DNA of 64,000 nt, taken from positions 960,001 to 1,024,000 of the forward strand of contig OY843592.1 of NCBI GenBank assembly GCA_963692865.2. The letters are read 5' to 3'. Of the stretch, positions 58,557-64,000 are shown piece by piece. How positions within the stretch are numbered: position 1 is the stretch's first letter; each line of letters begins with the position of its first letter. The notes below the pieces were generated by a model. It worked only from the letters and a program-made list of their open reading frames with translations. It had not been told where the DNA came from and did not search any database. Position numbers and translations under genes: made by a program. The stretch comes from a bacterium (lineage in GTDB: Bacteria > UBA8248).

Positions 58557-61208
58557 CTAGAAGCTCAGCGAGATGTCGCGGTGGTGCGACATGCAGGACG
58601 CCACGGGTTTCGCGAGCCGGCTCGGCAGCCGCTCCAGTTGCCGGATGCCGATGGTTCCGCGAATCGCGGCCTCATAGGCGGCCAGGCCGGGGTCCAACTC
58701 CCGGGCGGCGCGGGAGCGCCAGGCCACCTCGCGCTCGAAGAGAGCGACCGCATCGTTCAGGCGCTTCGCGGCGCGCTTGCGGCCTGACTCGCCCCGCCTT
58801 GCGTCCGCGCGCGCCCTGGAGAGACCTGAGCGCAGATCGTAGGTTCCGGGAACCTTTCTGAACGCCCGCTCGGCGTCGCGGATGGCGGCGCCCGCCTCTT
58901 TGGCCGTCTTCGTTTGCAGGATTCCCGGCAGCCCCTTGAGCCTTGCGCCCGCTTCTGCGAGGGCCGGCGCCTTCGCCAGCATCTCGCGCACCTTGCGCAC
59001 GGAGGAGTAGGCGTCGTCGACGTTGCGCCGGTAGTTGCGGCGGGCGCGGGTTTCCTTCTTTTCCAGCGACAGGTAACGCCTGCGCATCTCCTTCCCGCCC
59101 TCGGGGCGTCTTGCCTCGGCGCGAGCCCTTCGCTTCGTGAGTTCCTCGATCTCGTGGCGCAATGCCGCCGCCGCGTCCGTATCCCGTCCCATGCGCCGGA
59201 TGGTGGTGCGGAGCTCGCGGATATGGCGGTCGATCCGCCTCTCGTCCGCGTTGACGCGCCTGATGACGGTATGTACGGGCTTGTAGGCCTCCCCGAACTT
59301 CTCCCGCTCGGCGCCGGCGCGGCGCACTTGCGCGACCAGATCGAACGTCCGGGCCGCCTTCTCCATGCCGCCGGTAAGCTGCCTGCGAACCTTATCGGGC
59401 AGATAGCCTGTATCGAGTTTCTGCGCGGCTCGTATGCCCGCGCGTATCGTCTCGCCGTCGCGGTCGTATTGCTCGAAGAGATATTGCTCCAGGCAGTTCT
59501 GGAGGCGCGGGTTCCTGGGAGGCGGCGCGGTCTCGCCGGTGAGCGACGTGCGCATCGGCAGGTAGTTCACCAGTGGCGGATAGAAGCCGACGATGCCCAG
59601 GGCCACCAGTTGCAGCGCGATGAAGGCGACCACGCCCTTGTAGATGTCCGTCGTCAGCACGGTGGGCGGCGCCACGCCGCGCAGATAGAACAGCGCGAAA
59701 CCGAACGGCGGCGTCAGGAAGGAGGTCTGCATGTTGACGCCTATCATCACACCGAGCCAGACGGCGGTGACGTTGGCCGAGGGGTCCGAGAGCAGGATGG
59801 GGGCCACGATGGGCACCACCACCACCGCTATCTCGATGAAATCGAGGAAAAACCCGAGGATGAAGATCACCGCCATGACGACGATGAACTGGCTCCAGAA
59901 ACCGCCGGGCAGGGTGGTGAGAAACTCCTTCACCAGCTCCTCGCCGCCGAAGCCCCGGAAGGCCGAGGTGAGCATGGCCGCGCCCAGGAGGATGATGAAG
60001 ACCATGGCCGTGGTCTTGGCGGTCTCGACCATGACGCCGGCGAGCATCTGCTCGGTGCGGTAGGCGCGCCAGCCGCTCCAGGCGACGGCGACCAGCAAAC
60101 CGAGAACGGCGATGGCGGCGAGCGTCACGCCTATCGCCTCGTAGGCGCCGTGAACCGTGCGTATGTTCAGATCGAAGGTGGCCAACAGTATGAAGAGCGC
60201 GAGCAGCGAAAGGCCCGCGATGATGGCCGGCGTATAGCACCCGCGCCGTCCTTCGGCCAGGCGGTACCCCGCCATGATGGTGGCGCCGACGGCGCCGATG
60301 GCGCCGGCCTGGTTGACCGTGGCAACGCCTGCGATGATGGAGCCGAGCACGGCCAGGATGAGCGCCAGTGGAGGAATGAGGGCCAACAGCACGCGGAAGG
60401 CGAACCGGCGGTCGAAGCTGCCCTCCATGGGGATGGCCGGCGCGGTGCCGGGCCGTATGAGCGCGACCGCGAGAATGTAGACGACGTAGAGGCCCACCAG
60501 CACCAGACCGGGCGCGATGGCGCCCAGGAACATGTCGCCCGCGCTGGCCGAGGTGATGCCGAACTCCGTGGGCATGATGAACTGGCCGGTGGAGGCCTTG
60601 AAGTCCACCAGCCGGAGCGTGGCCGCCTGATCGGTGGCGTTCGAGAGCTGGTCGGCGAGGATGATGAGCACCACGGAGGGCGGGATGATCTGCCCCAGCG
60701 TGCCCGCCGCGCAGATTGTCCCGGTGGCGAGCTGGCGCGAGTAGCCGTTGCGGAGCATGGCCGGCAGCGAGATGAGGCCCATGGCCACCACGGTGGCGCC
60801 GAGAATGCCGGTGGTGGCGGCGAGCAGCGCGCCCACCAGCACCACCGAGATGCCGAGGCCGCCCGGAACCGGCCCGAACAGGCGCGCCATGGTCACCAGC
60901 AGGTCCTCGGCGATCTTCGAGCGCTGCAGCATGATGCCCATGAACACGAACAGGGGCACGGCGATGATGGTGTCGCGCTCGACCTCCCAGTAGACGCCCC
61001 GGAAATTGGTGACGCCGGCCGTGAGCCACTGGACGGGGCCGTCCTGCGCGAAGAATGCGCCGGCGTCCCCGGCGAAGACGTAGCCGGTGAGCGACGCGAG
61101 TCCGATGGTCAGGATGGCCGAGCCGGGCAGCGCGAACGCCACCGGGTAGCCCGACGCCAGCGCCAGGGCCATCGCGAGGATCAGCAGTGCGAGAAAGAAA
61201 AGCTCCAC
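58557..61208 (-). CDS. dctM: TRAP large permease DctM with long soluble C-terminal extension
   Basis: GTG start (VELFFL); SGYPVAFAL, GTLGQIIPPS, GFFLDFIEI, QTSFLTPPFG; then roughly 330 hydrophilic helical residues. Confidence 0.88.
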   Translation of the reverse strand: MELFFLALLILAMALALASGYPVAFALPGSAILTIGLASLTGYVFAGDAGAFFAQDGPVQWLTAGVTNFRGVYWEVERDTIIAVPLFVFMGIMLQRSKIAEDLLVTMARLFGPVPGGLGISVVLVGALLAATTGILGATVVAMGLISLPAMLRNGYSRQLATGTICAAGTLGQIIPPSVVLIILADQLSNATDQAATLRLVDFKASTGQFIMPTEFGITSASAGDMFLGAIAPGLVLVGLYVVYILAVALIRPGTAPAIPMEGSFDRRFAFRVLLALIPPLALILAVLGSIIAGVATVNQAGAIGAVGATIMAGYRLAEGRRGCYTPAIIAGLSLLALFILLATFDLNIRTVHGAYEAIGVTLAAIAVLGLLVAVAWSGWRAYRTEQMLAGVMVETAKTTAMVFIILLGAAMLTSAFRGFGGEELVKEFLTTLPGGFWSQFIVVMAVIFILGFFLDFIEIAVVVVPIVAPILLSDPSANVTAVWLGVMIGVNMQTSFLTPPFGFALFYLRGVAPPTVLTTDIYKGVVAFIALQLVALGIVGFYPPLVNYLPMRTSLTGETAPPPRNPRLQNCLEQYLFEQYDRDGETIRAGIRAAQKLDTGYLPDKVRRQLTGGMEKAARTFDLVAQVRRAGAEREKFGEAYKPVHTVIRRVNADERRIDRHIRELRTTIRRMGRDTDAAAALRHEIEELTKRRARAEARRPEGGKEMRRRYLSLEKKETRARRNYRRNVDDAYSSVRKVREMLAKAPALAEAGARLKGLPGILQTKTAKEAGAAIRDAERAFRKVPGTYDLRSGLSRARADARRGESGRKRAAKRLNDAVALFEREVAWRSRAARELDPGLAAYEAAIRGTIGIRQLERLPSRLAKPVASCMSHHRDISLSF

Positions 61209-61210
61209 GG

Positions 61211-62218
61211 TCAGGCCGGCTCGTGCGCGGGCCGGCTTGGCGGCTGCCCGCGAAGAATCGCCATGGCGTCGAGGTAGTACGCCAGAAACTGCGTCATCAT
61301 GGACACGGCGTATACGGCGAGGAAACCCGCCATCAGATACTTGACGTAGAGGCCGTACCCGCTCTGGGACGTCTCGAAGTAAAGCAGCGGGCTGTTGATG
61401 ACGGACGCCTTGCCCGCCATGCCGACGGCGAGGATGGTCCAGCACAGCGGCACGCCCAGCAACATGGACCCCCACGCGTTGACCAGGGCCTTGCGCCGCT
61501 CGGTGAAATGCGTGTAGAGCACGTCCACGCGCACGTGGCCTCCGGCGACAAGGGTATGGGCGCTGGCAAAGAGGAACAGCGCCGCGTACCAGAAACGCAC
61601 CAGATCGCCCATGAAAGCCTGCTCGTAGGAGAAGATGAAGCGCGCGATGACGATCTGGAACTCGGCGACGACGACGAGCAGCGCGAGCCAGATGAAGTCG
61701 AGCCCCCGCCTGAAGCATGCCACCACGGCCGCCGCGAGCATGAGCGGCAAATGCACGTAGACGCCGCGAAAGCTCGATACGCCCAGTTTCTGGGCCAGCG
61801 TCTTGCCGAACACCGCGGGCAGCAGCCCTTCCACGCGCAGGAACGATATGACCCCGTCGGCGATGCCGACGAAAAACGTCGTCCAGAACGCCGCAGATAT
61901 GATATAGGCGGTGATGGAACTGAGCAGCACTGCGTCGGACGCAAACGGCCTCTCCCGGTTCCTGAGCGCGAAGACGATGACGGCGAGGACCGGAAGGACG
62001 TAGCCTGCGAGCTGCAGCCATGCCAGGAACGCCGCTCCTACGCCTGAGGACGCGCCGCCCAAGATGCGCGCGACGCCCGGCCAGCCATGCCAGAAGACAA
62101 GATAGTTGTTGAAGAGGAAAACGAACATGGTCGCGGCCAGCGACAACGCGAACGCGCGATAAAGCGCGTCCGCGATGCCGGGCCGTCTTTCGTCCTCGTT
62201 TAACCGATCCTCAGTCAC
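61211..62218 (-). CDS. dctQ: TRAP small permease DctQ with extra N-terminal helices
   Basis: GHVRVDVLY motif; lies between dctP and dctM. Confidence 0.85.
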   Translation of the reverse strand: MTEDRLNEDERRPGIADALYRAFALSLAATMFVFLFNNYLVFWHGWPGVARILGGASSGVGAAFLAWLQLAGYVLPVLAVIVFALRNRERPFASDAVLLSSITAYIISAAFWTTFFVGIADGVISFLRVEGLLPAVFGKTLAQKLGVSSFRGVYVHLPLMLAAAVVACFRRGLDFIWLALLVVVAEFQIVIARFIFSYEQAFMGDLVRFWYAALFLFASAHTLVAGGHVRVDVLYTHFTERRKALVNAWGSMLLGVPLCWTILAVGMAGKASVINSPLLYFETSQSGYGLYVKYLMAGFLAVYAVSMMTQFLAYYLDAMAILRGQPPSRPAHEPA

Positions 62219-62260
62219 CGTGGAAAACCATAGTGGTCCGTCACACTACGCGCCGGGCAT

Positions 62261-63376
62261 CTAGCTCGTGACGCCAAGCACGCGGTTGCGCTGCGCTATG
62301 AATGCCTGGTCGGCGAGGCTCATCCAGCCGCCGACCTCGAGACGCGCCTTGGCGAAACTGTCATGGATGCGCTTGGCGAGCGGGCTGTGCGTCACCACAC
62401 CCGCGAAGACTTCATCGGACGCTTTTCCGAACGCGTCGTAGATGTCGTCGTTGAACTTGCGCACCTGGACGCCCTGATCGCGCGTGAGCCGGGCGAGCGC
62501 AGCGCCGTTCTTGGCGTTGTACTCGGCCATCATCACGTCGTTCTCCATGGAGGCCGCGGCCTCGATGAGCGTCTGATCGGCCTTGGAGAGCGAATCCCAG
62601 AACTTCTTGTTGAAGCCCGCAGAGAGCATCGAGCCGGGCTCGTGCATGCCCGGATAGTAGTAGTACTTGGCGGCTTCATAGAACTTCATGAACTCGTCGT
62701 TCCACGGCCCCACCCATTCGGTGGCGTCGATGGCGCCCGAGACGAGGTTCTCGTAAATCTGCCCGCCCGGCAGGGAGACCGGCGAGGCGCCGAGCTTCGC
62801 CATGACGTCGCCGCCTAAGCCCGGGATACGCATCTTGAGGCCCTTCAAGTCGTCGGCGCTGTTGATCTCCTTGCGGAACCAGCCGCCCATCTGCACGCCC
62901 GTGTTGCCGCACATGAGGCCCTTGAGCCCGAACCCTGCGGCCAGTTCGTCCCAGAGTTGCTGTCCGCCGCCGAAGCGGATCCAGGCGTTCAACTCGGTGT
63001 AGGTGAGGCCGAACGGCACGGCGGTGAAGTAGGCCCACCCCGGATGCTTGCCTTTCCAGTAGTAGTCGGCCGCATGGTAGGCCTGCGCGTTGCCCGACGC
63101 GACCTCGTCGAACGAGTCGAAGGCGCCGACGCGCTCGCCGGCGGCGAAGTAGGTCACCTTGATGCGGCCGTCGCTCATGTCCTGGAGACGTTTGGCGAAG
63201 CGCTGCGCCCCGGTGCCGAGACCCGGGAAATCGCGCGGCCAGGTGGTGACGATGGCGATCTCGATGCGCTTCTTCATCATGGCGGGCGCCTTCTGGGCCT
63301 GGGCCAGCCCGCTGCCTGCCACGACCGCCGCGGCGGTACCGGCCGCTGTGCCTGCAATAAAGTCACGACGTTTCAT
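62261..63376 (-). CDS. dctP: TRAP solute-binding protein DctP (TakP-like), Tat signal
   Basis: KRRDFI, TTWP, YYWKGK, GNTGVQMGGWF, LKMRIPG, EWVGP. Confidence 0.92.
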   Translation of the reverse strand: MKRRDFIAGTAAGTAAAVVAGSGLAQAQKAPAMMKKRIEIAIVTTWPRDFPGLGTGAQRFAKRLQDMSDGRIKVTYFAAGERVGAFDSFDEVASGNAQAYHAADYYWKGKHPGWAYFTAVPFGLTYTELNAWIRFGGGQQLWDELAAGFGLKGLMCGNTGVQMGGWFRKEINSADDLKGLKMRIPGLGGDVMAKLGASPVSLPGGQIYENLVSGAIDATEWVGPWNDEFMKFYEAAKYYYYPGMHEPGSMLSAGFNKKFWDSLSKADQTLIEAAASMENDVMMAEYNAKNGAALARLTRDQGVQVRKFNDDIYDAFGKASDEVFAGVVTHSPLAKRIHDSFAKARLEVGGWMSLADQAFIAQRNRVLGVTS

Positions 63377-63556
63377 ACGATTCTCCTTTTTTATGAGAGT
63401 TGTTTATAACCCACATGATGAGCGACCGGCTCGCCGGCCGGAAACCGGCGGCCGACCACCCTGTCAGACTCATCGGCAATGCGTTGTGATGCAATGAAAT
63501 ATACTATGACAAGCCGTATTCCGGCGCAACCACCCTGCGGCCGCCGAGGCGCGCGT

Positions 63557-63930
63557 CTCGCCTTGAGTAGCCGCCGGAAGTCAAACGCGACTGAGGAGGG
63601 AGCGTTCGTATCGAAGGGCGAGGGGCGCCGACTGGCAAGGGCCGCGTCTTTGGGGCTGTTGAAAAACTTTCCTGACGGGTTAAAGGCAACCCCCCTTGTC
63701 GGGATTGTTGAAAAAGGCCATGTATCCCCTCGGTCGGCGACGTGATGATCCCGTAGGGACAGGCCCCCGTGCCTGTCCTGCTACGCAAAACGCGATGGCA
63801 TTGTAGGGGCCGCATATCATGCGGCCCTGATTTTCTCCACAAGGCGGGCCGCATGATATGCGGCCCCTAGAAACAAATTGTCTCTCTCCGGCTTTTTGAA
63901 CAGCCCCTTGACAGGGGTCAATTTCGAGCG
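63557..63930. mobile_element. Repeat cluster including a MITE-like element (63701-63907) with REP hairpins
   Basis: Ends GGGATTGTTGAAAAAGGCC and (rc) GGGGCTGTTCAAAAAGCC; flanked by cccccttgtc and ttgacagggg; GTAG hairpins at 63753-63784 and 63802-63870. Confidence 0.75.
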
Positions 63931-64000
63931 ATGAGCGAGAAATTGCGGACCGATGTGTTTCTCATCAATGGCTTATGCAAACGCTCGTTCCTCACTCGCG

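Noticed and set aside
61209-62021. 1154-aa DctM start at 62021
   Set aside because: It overlaps dctQ in another frame; the DctM sequence begins at GTG 61208.
1-64000. CRISPR array, tRNA, rRNA or integron attC array
   Set aside because: Repeats are dispersed hairpins rather than regularly spaced arrays; I saw no cas, integrase or cloverleaf signature by eye, though a tRNAscan/Infernal run would be needed to be sure.

Overview
A GC-rich bacterial chromosome segment with about 50 protein-coding genes, mostly solute uptake and catabolism. I found no rRNA, tRNA or CRISPR array. From left to right it contains: rlmD-lexA; a crotonase and a ThDP enzyme; a hipBA module with three TATAC-N8-GTATA operators and a hipA start codon that reads ATA; an MFS/crotonase/CoA-ligase/MmgE-PrpD/cupin group; DUF151+PDZ, pncA and thrB; an internally deleted dedA; tandem SDRs, an MDR and a haloalkane-dehalogenase-like gene with Gln at the catalytic-acid position. 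An accessory island (about 22.7-28.8 kb) follows, with a secreted ankyrin gene cut by a frameshifted IS256, an AbiEi/AbiEii type IV toxin-antitoxin pair inside 45-bp direct repeats, and gene remnants. Next come a Liv-type ABC transporter with an M20 hydrolase, two convergent TAXI-TRAP catabolic loci (hydantoinase/aminotransferase/amidohydrolase, and IclR/dihydroorotase-like/fumarate-lyase/two CapA/SDR), and a DctPQM transporter. Many intergenic spacers carry a modular repeat system: IS-like ends (GGGG-YTGTTGAAAAAG) enclosing different REP-type hairpins, apparently inserted into CCCCCTYRAGGGGG-type palindromes. All calls come from reading motifs by eye; no database searches were run.
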